Shown piece by piece: positions 23,946 to 35,936 of a stretch of DNA of 64,000 bases. Source of the DNA: Octopus vulgaris (Eukaryota). The translations under genes and the position numbers were made by a program. Location: NCBI GenBank assembly GCA_951406725.2, contig OX597817.1, positions 101,308,001-101,372,000 on the forward strand, given 5' to 3'. Below the pieces are notes generated by a model. The model ran no database searches and was not told the origin of the DNA. It saw nothing but the letters and a program-made list of their open reading frames with translations. Numbering within the stretch: position 1 is the first letter of the stretch; each line of letters begins with the position of its first letter.

Positions 23946-24984
23946 ATATTTTGGGGTCGGATGGGAATGCCGTTTTATGGAGACGAGCTAGAGAGGAAGA
24001 GACATGGTGTTGTATGCACATATTGTTGTTAGTGTAGAGAGAAGGGAGGGGACAGGTGGTTCGTTCAAATTCTAAGACAAATATAGCAGTTCAAATACAT
24101 TTGTTAGGTATATTTAAATTTGTCTAAGCATGGTATTCAGCAGATATAGAATCCTTACAGAAAGTTCTTGAAATATCAATTAGAATAAGATATTCCTAGA
24201 CTCTGTATTAAATGTGCTTTTTCTAACAAAATAGATTTTAAGGGTAAACTTTATATTGGAAATACCCACATTTTATCAAAATATTATACGAAATATTTTT
24301 CAGAACAAAAAAGCTGCGTAACATGGCGTTGAATTATGTATTATTTAATTTTTGTTCATTTAAAAAATATATATTCAAAGATGTTTCTTACTGAATATTT
24401 TCACTCATTCATCTTCAAATATGTACAAGGTTAATCCTAGCTACTCCAAATATTTTAGCGAACAAATTACTTAAATGAATTTTATTGCGAAATATTCACC
24501 GGAAGACGAAACAAAGAATTGTCTAGTTGATGAAACAAGAAATTAATATATGTAAAACCGTGGGAGAATTTATGGACAAATATGAATTAATTGTTTCTCT
24601 CAGCAAACGGTGGGAAAACGGAAATTGTTTCCGTTCACATTCTCTTGACATGTTCGCTTAGTCGGAAAACAGCAATTGTTTACATAATATGTTGAGGGTA
24701 GACTACAAGTATTTCAGCTACATGTGCTTCCGATTTCACAATATTGACGGAACGAGAAACAGGCAATGGATGAGAAAGTGGAAAACACCTACTGTATTGA
24801 TGTAGTAATGTCGTTTGTGTTCCTTATTTCCTTATGCTCTTAACTTAGGGCGTTAGCATCTATTTTCGGAACAATTAACAATTTCGGAGAGAAAATGAAT
24901 CATAGTGATTGTAGGTTTCTAGTATAAACAGGATCGAAATAGTAATTTTATTGTCATTTTCATTTATGGCAATAATTCGATATG

Positions 24985-25019
<35 letters not shown>

Positions 25020-25092
25020 AGGAGAAGGCAGGCAGAAAGTGATAAAGTTATAACCTCCATACACTGAAATATTAAACATACATACAAACATG

Positions 25093-25191
<99 letters not shown>

Positions 25192-25240
25192 AAACAAGTC
25201 AAAAATAGAAAATGCTAAGATAATTTTATAGTGAATCTTT

Positions 25241-25278
25241 CAGTACCGGTTTCGGTCATTTTGAGACCTTTTCAACTG
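25241..25278 (-). ncRNA. Type I hammerhead ribozyme (U3-A8 core variant), left arm
   Basis: Reverse complement of the motif at 25561-25598. Confidence 0.7.
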
Positions 25279-25560
25279 TAACGATTAAATAATTAAATTT
25301 AGAAAAATTAGAAGAACAGTTTTTTTAAAAGAATATTTCTATAGTAGTGTTCAGATATAAGTAGCATTCTGCCTTTCTCTGACTCCCTTGTTTGCACTTG
25401 TGTGTTCGAGGTCGTTTGTGTGTTCGACCTCGAACACACAAGTGCAAACAAGGGAGTCAGAGAAAGGCAGAATGCTACTTATATCTGAACACTACTATAG
25501 AAATATTCTTTTAAAAAAACTTTTCTTCTAATTTTTCTAAATTTAATTATTTAATCGTTA

Positions 25561-25598
25561 CAGTTGAAAAGGTCTCAAAATGACCGAAACCGGTACTG
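25561..25598 (+). ncRNA. Type I hammerhead ribozyme (U3-A8 core variant), right arm
   Basis: CAG-TTGAAAA-GGTC-TCAAAAT-GACC-GAAAC-CG-GTA-CTG. Helix I CAG/CTG, stem II GGTC/GACC, palindromic stem III ACCGGT, GUA triplet, predicted cut after 25595. Confidence 0.7.
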
Positions 25599-25789
25599 AA
25601 AGATTCATATAAAATTATCTTAGCATTTTCTATTTTTGACTTGTTTTTTCATATATATCAACTCGTGTGTTCCTTTACACCCTTATACATATATATATAT
25701 ATATATACGTGCGTGTATTTGTGTTAGGGTGTGGAAGGGGAAGCTCGCACTCTCTGAATGGAGAAGTGATCCCAAAAGTATAGAACAAC

Positions 25790-26162
25790 AAATACTTTGG
25801 AAGTCATACCTCCATATTCTTAATATATTAACCCTGATATGGAAATCAGGATTAACAAAGCATGCAGTGTGCTTAACTCTCTGGATAAACTATGGAACCC
25901 GAAAAACTAAAATACACTTCTTCAGAGCAGCAGCTGAATCAAATTTATTTTATAGTTCGATAACATGGGCACTTATAGCTCCCTTATAATAAAACTCTCA
26001 ATGGCACATACACCACAATAGCTCAGTCTATTCAAAATATGAGCTCAGTATATGAATAACAAAGTTATACCAAGACATCTTATATATTACAGAAGGCCAA
26101 GATTTATTAGTCAATATTGGCGTAACAAGGAGGAGCTTGCAGCTGAATTTCAGCGGCAACCT

Positions 26163-26165
<3 letters not shown>
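25790..26165 (+). mobile_element. Decayed RTE-clade LINE fragment
   Basis: KIHFFRAAAESNLFYSSITW..KLNGTYT and RRPRFISQYWR resemble the RTE motifs KI.FFRATVESVLLYG.ETW and RRLRF.GHCWR. Confidence 0.6.
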
Positions 26166-26227
<62 letters not shown>

Positions 26228-26426
26228 TGTTATAATACTTATTTCATTAAAATCATTAGTACATGAAATTAGTTAGCCTCATTTTTGAAATTTTCAGTCT
26301 CATTAAACATAATAATAATACATTTATCGTAACGTTTAATTTTTTGACAAAAATAAATGAGCATTGTACGTGTTTCCTTTCTTCATAACTTTATACAGAA
26401 TTTTGCACTTCTGCAATACCCTGTGC

Positions 26427-26494
<68 letters not shown>

Positions 26495-26504
26495 ATATAA
26501 TATA

Positions 26505-26585
26505 CTTTTGCTTGTTTCAGTCATTTGACTGCGGTCATGCTCGAGCACCGCCTTTAGTCGAGCAAATCGACCTCAGGACTTATTA
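26505..26585 (-). mobile_element. SINE 3' fragment (family of 18821-19164)
   Basis: CTTGTTTCAGTCATTTGACTGCGGTCATGCT is the reverse complement of the SINE tail. Confidence 0.65.
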
Positions 26586-26771
26586 CTCTGTTACAGAATT
26601 TGAGTAAAATTATATTAATGTGTCCAACTGATTGAAAATTCTATTAATTTATGTAGCTGAGGATAGACCTACATTTAAATTGATGTAATGATTGCATTGT
26701 TCAATTAAATGGAGCCGCTTAAAACGGTCGTACTGCATCACCTCTTGATATACTGTTGCTTATTTTGATTT

Positions 26772-26846
<75 letters not shown>

Positions 26847-27008
26847 TGAATGCATATAAGAGGGGTGACCACCAGGTGGACATCCAATATGCTAAATGTA
26901 GACTCGAAATGGTCTGACCACTAAGAAAAAATTGTTCTCAAGAAATTTCGGCAAACGCTAGAACGTAAGCGAGCAAGACAAATGAAAAGATACAAAATAT
27001 AATGATTA

Positions 27009-27080
27009 GTCACATACCAGGTTTCAGAGTTACCATATACATATTTACATACGTAAATGCCTGAAAATCATCAGTGCGAC
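27009..27080 (-). ncRNA. Type I hammerhead-like motif in a Penelope-like terminal remnant (~26845-27350) abutting (TA)n
   Basis: GTCGCA-CTGATGA-[~42 nt stem II region]-GAAAC-CTG-GTA-TGTGAC. 6-bp helix I and GUA triplet; the base of stem II is non-canonical. Confidence 0.6.
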
Positions 27081-27493
27081 CGTCATAGAAAATATAATTT
27101 GCAGAACCGTACACGAGACGTCCACACGAAAAAGAACATGCATACAGTTCTGTCAATTATATTTAGGGGTATATTTCAAATGTCTTCGTTTTTTGCGCGC
27201 CAGAGCCGGAAATGACTCTGCAGAAAAAAATTCTCTGCATCGAAGCCTGCCGGTTAGAGAACAGGGTTATTTAAATTTAAATAAGGGTAAAAAATTTATA
27301 TTAATTTGATTAATATCAATTTATATTTTCTATGGCGGTCGCACTTTTCCACATGCATACAGAAACACAAACACACACTCACGAGTGTCTGCCGGTTTTA
27401 AATGCCGAACTGCTAAGTTAGGGAATCATAAACAAACCAATACCGGTTGTCATGGAGTGGTAGGACAACTACACACACACACACACACATTCA

Positions 27494-27543
<50 letters not shown>

Positions 27544-27551
<8 letters not shown>

Positions 27552-28431
27552 CAACAATTGAGGGTAAAATTAATTAATTATTAATCAATTTCACCAAGTG
27601 TTCAGTATGCAAAGGGACCATTTAAGGCGAATTCAAATTATTACATTATATAAAAGGGCTTAGTAAAATAAATTACTTTGCCGCATACTGAACTCATTAG
27701 AAATAGCAGCTAAAAAACTTTTTAAAACTATTTCTAATACTTTAAAGAAAACCTCTCTCATATAGTGTTTGCTCAACTCAACTCACGAAAGTTTGGGGGT
27801 AAAGACATCAAAAAATCAAATGCAAAGGTTATTTGAGAACGTACGTTTCAAGATTAGTCAACACGACACTTCTATCATCAGCTCAGAAATTCCTTGGTTT
27901 GGATTTGAAAACACTGAAAGTGAGAGCATACCCTTTCAGCTTCTCATCGCTTTCGAAGATCTGCTCGTAACTAACAGTGCCAACAAACTCAAATATGCAA
28001 GCGAAGAATTTCTGTTCTCCCCTTTCCACCAGCGTGGGTTAAAATCAGCAAACACTATGCTTATTTCGGTAAAATCCGAAGCATTAATTAGAGGGAGATT
28101 AATTATAATTTCAACAATTGAGGGTAAAATTAATTAATTATTAATCAATTTCACCAAGTGTTCAGTATGCAAAGGGACCATTTAAGGCGAATTCAAATTA
28201 TTACATTATATAAAAGGGCTCAAACGTTCTCAAATAAACTTTGCATTTGATTTTTTGATGTCTTTACCCCCAAACTTTCGTGAGTTGAGTTGAGCAAACA
28301 CTATATTAGAGAGGTTTTCTTTAAGTATTAGAAATAGTTTTAAAAAAGTTTTTTAGCTGCTATTTCTAATGAGTTCAGTATGCGGCAAAGTAATTTATTT
28401 TACTAAGCCCTTTTATATAATGTAATAATTT
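27544..28431 (-). mobile_element. Non-coding hammerhead-bearing element: 560-bp unit with 117-bp terminal redundancy plus an inverted ~208-bp segment (retrozyme or Penelope pLTR-like)
   Basis: 27544-27660 matches 28104-28220. 28224-28431 is a near-identical reverse complement of 27635-27842. (TA)n on both sides. Confidence 0.8.
27834..27885 (-). ncRNA. Type I hammerhead ribozyme motif
   Basis: TGAG-CTGATGA-TAGAAGTGTCGTGTTGACTAATCTT-GAAAC-GTAC-GTT-CTCA. Helix I TGAG/CTCA, palindromic stem III AACGTACGTT, GUU triplet; stem II closes U.U. Confidence 0.65.
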
Positions 28432-28806
28432 TATATATATATATATATATCCATGAATAAGGGTTCTTTTTATTATATTTATAATTTACTTTCCTCCAAA
28501 TAACAGCCCAATTTTCAACTGAGATAATGTATCTTAACACTCTAGAAAATCATAATCTCAATTTACTTGTAAAATGTATCCTTGAAGACCAGATAGGTAT
28601 TTCAAAGAATCCAAACGATGGTATTCGCTGCAGGTTTGGAACAGGAATTTTCTATAAAATTGTGTTAATTGCCATTTTTTATAGAAACTAAAAGCATGCT
28701 TTAGATATATTCAGCTTATATTCTTGGATACACAACAAGATGGAACATGAATAGCTTTAATTGTTAATGTGTGTGTATGTATTATACACACACATACACA
28801 CATATA

Positions 28807-28974
28807 TTGTGTCTGGAGAGAATCATACTGCCTTAATGCTTTAATATGCAACATACCGGTTCAATTTCTTTAAAAGAAAAATATCAATAATAAATGAGTG
28901 GAAAGTGAACCAGTGAGAATGTTACATATTAATATATTATGGCATTAAAGCAGTATGACCCTCTCCGGGCACAA
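28807..28974. mobile_element. Small foldback/MITE-like element, copy 1
   Basis: TTGTGTCTGGAGAG..TCATACTGCCTTAATG inverted with CATTAAAGCAGTATGA..CTCTCCGGGCACAA; lies between (CA)n and (TA)n. Confidence 0.7.
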
Positions 28975-29059
28975 GATATATATATATATATATATATATA
29001 CAGACTTGCTCCACCATACAAATTCACATAATGAATCTTGCAAACCAGATATGAAAACG

Positions 29060-29107
<48 letters not shown>

Positions 29108-29589
29108 TACGTAATATACATATATATTTTGTATATAATATCAGTTCATATATCCGAATAGAAGCACACTCTAAAATATTACAGCAGTAATACTTAGAAG
29201 TTGTTTCTTACGGCCGGTCAGGGAGTTACGATTAGTTTCGCACCTATAAAGTATTTAGCAGTGTAGATAACTCGTCAAACTCGTTGGCCGCAGGGTCGTT
29301 TAATTTTGTAATCAAAAAATTCTGGAACGAAATTCTACTGGAATTAAATTTGAGCGTGGAGAAATTTTCCCTTTTAGATAGGTTCCCGTTACGTCTATAA
29401 AGGGCCAACTTATAGTCAACTGCTTTTCCCTTGTCGGCAAACGGGGAATTCCATGTTCTCAATACAAATTTCCTCTGGTGAGGGCACAGCCTAAACATCT
29501 CTTTTTTGGAATTTAAGAAGGGCCCCGACGTAACTGGAACCGCTCTAAGGGAGATAATTCCACCATGCTCAAATTTAATGTGTACACTA

Positions 29590-32210
29590 AGAAATGTGTA
29601 CTGATTTTGCCACTGGTTTAAACGAATGTCTTAAAACGTGCCACTATCCGCTACCTACTCCGGAGGAAATTTTAGCGAAATCAAACGATGGTAAAATATT
29701 TTCTAAATTGGATCTCACACACACACACACACATTTTGTGCCTGGAGAGTCATACTGCCTTAATGTAACGCACCGGTTCAATTTCTTTAAAAGAAAAATA
29801 TTAATAATAAATGAGTGAAAATTGAACCGGTGAGAGTGTTACATATTAAGGCATTAAAGCAGTATGACTCTCTCCAGACACAAGATATATATATATATGA
29901 ATTTGCTCCAACATACGATTTAGAGTAGACGATGAATGCTCTAAATACCTAGCAATTAATACACATAAAGGGCTTTATGAATACAACAGGTTACCATTTG
30001 ACTTAAAAGCCGAACCTGCGATTTTCAAAAGGTCATGGATTCAATGTTAGTAGATTGTTATGAATTCGCAATTCCATATCCGGATGATATACACGTGAAA
30101 AGCGAATCCAGGGATCAACACGTAGAGCACGTAAAATATGTATTCGAAAAAATTAGGGATTGCGGCGTTACTGTGAGTGAAGAAAAGAGTTAATTTTTCT
30201 TACCAAAAGTAAGATATTTAGGACAAATCATTGACAGAAATGGACGTCGGTCAGACACGTCGAGGGCAGACGCAATTAAAAATTATGCCCCCGCCGACTA
30301 ATATAGCGACCTTACAATCAGTTTTAGGGTTCGCAAATTATTACCAAAATTATATTGCTGAAAAAAATATGAAATGGAATTGATCGGAAAACTTTCAAAA
30401 GGCGTTTGACGAAATATTAAAAATATTAATGTCTGATTTGTCGTTAGCATAATTTGATCCTGCAGTAGAGATTCTTGTAGCTTCAGACGCTTCTGAGTAC
30501 GGCATAGGAGCAGTTATGCAACATAAATATAAAAATAGTAACATGATAGCGGTGGTTCTTGACTCATGTTCTCTGATAGCAGCAGAGAAAAATTATAGTC
30601 AAATCGAAAAAAAGCTCTAGCGATTATTTTTGCAGTGAAATAATTTCCCAGAATTTTACATGGTAGAAGTTTTCGTCTACACAATAATCATCGTCCATTA
30701 TTATCGATATTTGGGTAAAAAAAAAAAAGGAATTCCATACTGCTAATATTTTACAATACTGGGGTAACTAGTCCATGAGGATTGTCTATCAAGACTGATT
30801 TCGAAAAATGTGGAACCATTTGAAGATACTGTGATTGCTGTTTTGCAAGCGGAGAAAGAAATTAAAAATGTTTTGTGTAACATCATTCGTGAACCGCCAG
30901 TTACTTTACAAGACATAAAATTAAAATCGGAAAAGGATAAATCTATTATTAAAATGAAAGGAATACTGAGGGCTAAAATAGATAAAAATATGCCTAACAC
31001 AAATGCAAATCATTTCTCACTGTGTGATAATGTGTTGATGCATGCACAAAGAGTCGTAGCGCCAGCCACATTACAAAAGCGATTATTAAAGGAAATTCAT
31101 CTGTCCATTCTCGACAGATGTCATGAATGGACAGATGTTCTATGGGCCAGACTGTATGTTGATTACGCAGGTCCACTGAAGGGATCATATTGCCTTGTGG
31201 TGGATAGCTTTTCAAAGTTGCCGGAAGTGCATAAATGTAAAAAGCCGACATCTGCAGTTACAATATGCTTTTTACACGAATTGTTCGCCAGGTATGGTAT
31301 TTCGGATACCATTGTGTCGGATAATGGAACTCAATTTACGTCAGGCGAGTTCAGAAAACTTTGTAAAATGCTTGTCATCGAACATGTCACCACTCTGCCG
31401 TATCATCCTAGGTCAAATGGACAAGCGGCGCATTTTGTTGACACTTTCAAGAGAGCGTTGAAAAGGCGAAAAATGAAGTGATGGATGATTTTGCACGTCA
31501 TCAATTTCTAAGAATATACCGAGTAACACCCAATCTAAATACACAGTCGGGAATGTTACCCGCAGAATTGATGTTTGCCAGAAAGGTCAGATCCGTTTTT
31601 GATAAGCTGATACCTAGGGAAAAAGGCAAACAACAAAAATACTTCAACATTCTTCAAGTTAGGTGACAAAGTTTTTTTTTTAACCAATAGATATGGTAAA
31701 GAAAGCTGGGTGGACGGTCTAGTCATTAAACAAATTGGAAGGATGATATTCTTGGTTAAAGGGGGAAAATGACGAATACAAAAGACACATTAACCAACTT
31801 AAAAAAAGATTCACGGAAAAAACAGCCACGAGAAATGATATCCTCATGGAAGTATTGTACGACGTGTTTGAGGTACCAACACCCAAACTACACTTTCTAG
31901 CACCAGGAAACGGAAAAAAACGGAAACACTGGAATTCAACCCCAAGCGTAAGAGATATTAAAGCTTTGAGCGGAGCTCAATTCTCAAAAGGGGAGATGAT
32001 AGGGAGACTGATTCTAAAAGGGGGGAGATGTTGTGAAAGGATTCCGACAGCTCCTCAGGTGACTAAAAGATGGATTGACTCATTGTTGTAAAACAAAGAA
32101 CTGTAAGTGATTGGCGTTCTTGTTTGTAGCAGTTCACTGTTAGCCGTAATAGTTATAGTAGTGCGTCGTGTATATACTTTCTCCCCCCACTTTGTTATAT
32201 TATATATACA
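29590..32210 (+). mobile_element. Decayed Ty3/Gypsy LTR retrotransposon (Mag-like pol: RT, RNase H, integrase), polypurine tract and probable 3' LTR from 32029
   Basis: CTDFATGLN..YPLPTPEEI..IFSKLDL, INTHKGLYEYNRLPF, ASDASEYGIGAV, VDYAGP, IVSDNGTQF, PYHPRSNGQA. PPT AAAAGGGGGGAGA is followed by TGTTG. The LTR right end is uncertain. Confidence 0.85.
29736..29883. mobile_element. Small foldback/MITE-like element, copy 2, inserted in the Gypsy RT
   Basis: Same TIRs plus the inner pair CACCGGTTCAATTT/AAATTGAACCGGTG. Interrupts the RT just after IFSKLDL. Confidence 0.7.
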
Positions 32211-33063
32211 GTACAAGGATATAAAAGCATGTGTGTATGTATTATGTATATATGTATGTATGTATGTACGTATGTAAGTATGTACGTATAAACTTATGGA
32301 TTGTGTATATCAGCTTGGTGTGAATAAGTATTACTTAAATTACTGATGTCGATATAATCAATTATAAACCTTGAATGTTGTGCCGTAACATTGTAACAGT
32401 CCAATGACTGACGATCTTAAAAGTAAAAGGATAACATTGCTTGCAAACATCTTTTCTTACTATGGCATCTTAGAAATAATTCAATAAAAAATTGCTATTA
32501 ATCATACCTCTAGCATATTTAGCAGTTTTGAATTCGAGTGGATGTTCATAAACAATCCTTTATATTCGAATAAAGATTTCGTCTCAATTATATGTACTTA
32601 CCTTGTGTAACATGTTCTACAATAAACATGTAAAAGAAGATTATACTTAGCGCTGAACAACAGCATTTACTCCACAACCTCACGCAGAGTACTACAACAA
32701 ACTATGAAGGTTAAAAGATGCAGATTTCAGTTCTTGTTTTAGTACATTCTCTTTCTTTACGTATACAGATATGAAGACACAAAGTAGTATTCCATTCAAT
32801 CTCCTCAGGAACAATGAGAACTTTTATACCAGTTTTTAAGTAAATAAGGAGAACGATGCACTCAAGTGGTACTTATTTTATTGAGCCCGAAATGATAAAA
32901 GGCAAGTCCCACCTCGGTGGTATTTGAACTCACAGTGTAAATACGGGCTAAATGCTTTTAAACATTTTGCTAGCCAAAAATATGTACTTTATAGATATAT
33001 ATTTGCACGAGCAATAAACTGAAATATACATTCGAAGATGAAATTGCGAAACATGACACAGTG

Positions 33064-33084
33064 TTTATTTTTGAAATATTTATT
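33064..33084 (-). terminator. Polyadenylation signals (two AATAAA) of the VWA gene
   Basis: TTTATT at 33079-84, immediately after the stop, and at 33064-69. Confidence 0.5.
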
Positions 33085-33635
33085 TCAGATAACTTTTTGA
33101 TTACATAATGGTCGAAAACTGCAAGGTGAATGGTGGGCTGTATACAATAATTGATTATAAGATGGAATATTGTAAATATAATGAGTGTACGGTTGACTGC
33201 TCATAGAATGCAATGTCTGAACATTTGGCCATATAGTATTTCCAACGTTGATTAAAAATACTTTTGTTCCTAATTGTTTTAGATTCTCTATTTCTGACAT
33301 TAACTCAGCAGTTAAAACAGTCAGTGATGGATCTAGAAATAGAACAGCTAATTGCTTTGTGTATAAATTAGGATGCATATTGAGTCCTTTTCCCATATGG
33401 CGTACAATACCAGTTAGTCCCGGGTATGTTGGTTTAATAAGTTTACCAAGTTCAGCGTTTGTTTTATTAATTAAAGTTGTAAATGGCTGATTATAGCTTT
33501 GTGGGCAATCAACAAAAGAGAATGTTCTGTATCTTCCATATGGTGTGTATGGAAGCATGGTCTGTATAAACTGTGTAATTATATCGGTGCGGTAAATTCC
33601 CAATGTTAGAATGTCATATCCAAACGACACAGTAC
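33085..33635 (-). CDS. VWA gene exon 5: degenerate VWA-like domain and stop
   Basis: Acceptor ttttcaaAG at 33636-37, phase 1. Reads STVSFGYD..LAVLFLD..LKQLGTKVFLINVG..MSSQPYTHYIYNIPSYNQL..C; MIDAS absent. Confidence 0.8.
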
Positions 33636-33876
33636 CTTTGAAAAGAAGAAAGTTACATTTATTAAGTTATAGTAAAAGGGAAATATCATTGTAATTCGTA
33701 GGAAATGAGAGAAATTTTATTTCGTATTTTCTTATTTCTATTTTGTACACTTTTATGGGGCTCATATGTATGAGAATTCAAAACACGCATCTCATTATTA
33801 AGTCATCTAGCACGATTCTATTCACTATATAATTCTGGTGAGTTGAATAAGACAAAACTATAAACAATAATAATGA

Positions 33877-34050
33877 TCCTTTCTACTATAGGCACATAGC
33901 CTGAAATTTCGGAGGAGGGGGCTAGACAATTAAATCGACTTCAATGCTTAACTGGTATTTATTTCACCGACTCCGAGATAATGAAAGGCAAGAATTTTAA
34001 CTCAGAGCGTGAGAATTTCTATCCCGCACGCTAAGTATTCTGACAGCTAA
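33877..34050 (-). mobile_element. Degenerate SINE (family of 41492-41937); another decayed copy at ~32860-32975
   Basis: Reverse complement matches the GCAGAATCGTTAGC...GAGTTCAAATT...GGTCGATAAAATAAGTACC...AAATTTCAGGC pattern. Confidence 0.55.
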
Positions 34051-35753
34051 CAAAGAATTCTTTGCAGGATTCTTGAAGCATGACCAGTAAACAAGTGTCA
34101 CCTTAGTCTGCTGGCTGATACTTTGCATCATATCCAGCATATATGCAAATTTTTCATCGGTTGATTATGCATTTACAAACTTATATCAGAGAGTCATTAC
34201 AGCAGATAACAGATTACAATACAGAACACAAAATGACTTTGAGAATATTAGTTATTGATATCGTCATTTCATACAATCTTATACAATAAAACTGGAAGAT
34301 TAACTATGGAAGTGTTATTAATAAAACACTAACCAAAAGGTCAGCAACTGTGGAATAAACAATGAAAGTGTTATCCATCCAACTTCTCTGCTCTCTATTC
34401 TTAGAAAGGTTGTTGGAGTAGAGTCCTCAGATACTACCTCCATAAGGTCTTATCAGAATCAACTGTCATTACATTTTCTGGTTGGATACTCTAGTCTCAA
34501 TAACTGAGACTATGTATGTACTACAGCAGCTGTAGTACATATTCCCTGATATTCCCTGATTTCTGAGCTACGCTATAAGGTTATCCCAGAGATCGTTCAG
34601 AGGAACCCCATTTCGGCTGCTTGAATTCGCGTGAGTACGCTTTCAGGCTGGCTACCAGCAGTAAAAAGTTCACAATTTGAAACCGGCGAAGGTTATTTCA
34701 TCCCTTACAGCATCTTCTTCTTAGGTGGTAGACTTAACTAGTTGCTTAGTTAATGCTACCAAATGGTGCCTTGGGTATCTTCAGCGCGGTACCTTTACCT
34801 GTTCCAAGCATTCGGGCTGTCATCGGCTCAAGTATACTTTCCTCCCCGTCTCTTACCCAACTCTATAAAAGGATCATATGCCTTGTTTTTTCTCCTAGCT
34901 GAAGGTTTACCACATTCCACGATCCATTACTGCTTACTACAAAAACATTGCAATAATAGAGTCATCATCAATACGACCAGATGATGAATCCAAGGTCTCG
35001 AAACGAAAATGGACTTAGGAATTGTATTGTTTGAAACTAAATATACAAGTCTAATAAGGAAATACTTAAAAATTATTCTTAAAAAATACTGAACACGTAG
35101 AGTGATGTACCTTCAAAATATATTTCAAAAAGAAAAAGAAAACCGGCACACACACACACATAAACATGTAGGAGTGTGTGTATACGTGTGTGCATTTGAG
35201 TGTGTACTTGTGTGTGTGCGCGTGTAAGCGCTAGCGTTATCCTCGTTATACGTCTTTCTTTTCGTGTTCTTGGTGCCTTGTTTCACATTATACGCGTGTG
35301 TATCTGTGTGTGTATTGATTTATGCGATGTGTTTGTATGTACACAAGATATGATAACGTGTGCAAAAGTAAAAAAGAAAGGATTGTTCGAAGGCATTTGT
35401 TCAGGAAGTGTGTGAAGTCTATAACATGTGTATCTCTATCAGTAAATGTTTACTTATGCACAGGCACGTGTACATGAGATTTCATACTTACATATCGTCT
35501 GTCTTTCTAGGACAATGAAAAGTAAATAAGCTAGTGAAATCTCACTGATCAAAATCTTTGCAGATGTATTTCATGAGTATTTCGACGAAAGACGGGATTC
35601 CAAAATTTTCGTTTCACAAAATTTCTTTCGCTATAGAATAGCTAACTGTTTTATTAGGATTAGCCTTTCATTGTTTATTATTTAATATTAATCACCGATT
35701 CTTTCTTGCATAATCTAACATGATCCTTTAAAGAAATATTTAACTGAACTTAC

Positions 35754-35936
35754 TTGATTGATCCTGTTGTGGCGGCATTTCCGTGGTTTTAGTGGTCGGT
35801 ATAGTTGTTGATGTTATTGTTGTGGCTTGTGTTGTTGTTGTTGTTGTTGCTGCTGCTGTTGTAGTTGTGACTGGTGTCGTTATCTTTGTTGTTGTCGGTG
35901 TCGTTGTTGGTATTGTTGGCGGTAAAGTTGTAATAT
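35754..35936 (-). CDS. VWA gene exon 4: Thr/Pro-rich mucin-like linker
   Basis: Boundaries ttttAG ... GTAAGT, 183 nt, phase 1-1. Reads DITTLPPTIPTTTPTTTK...TTEMPPQQDQS. Confidence 0.85.

Larger units (their letters stand above)
25188..25650. repeat. 463-bp near-perfect foldback (arms 25188-25414 and 25425-25650, 10-nt loop) between (TA)n tracts; inverted Penelope-type terminal repeat
   Basis: The arms are reverse complements with only a couple of differences. Each arm carries a hammerhead. Confidence 0.95.

Noticed and set aside
27769-28137. 122-aa ORF inside the 560-bp unit
   Set aside because: Non-ATG start, no recognisable motif, and antisense to the hammerhead.
29244-29498. Minus-strand 84-aa ORF next to the Gypsy pol
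   Set aside because: No recognisable gag or protease motif; unassigned.
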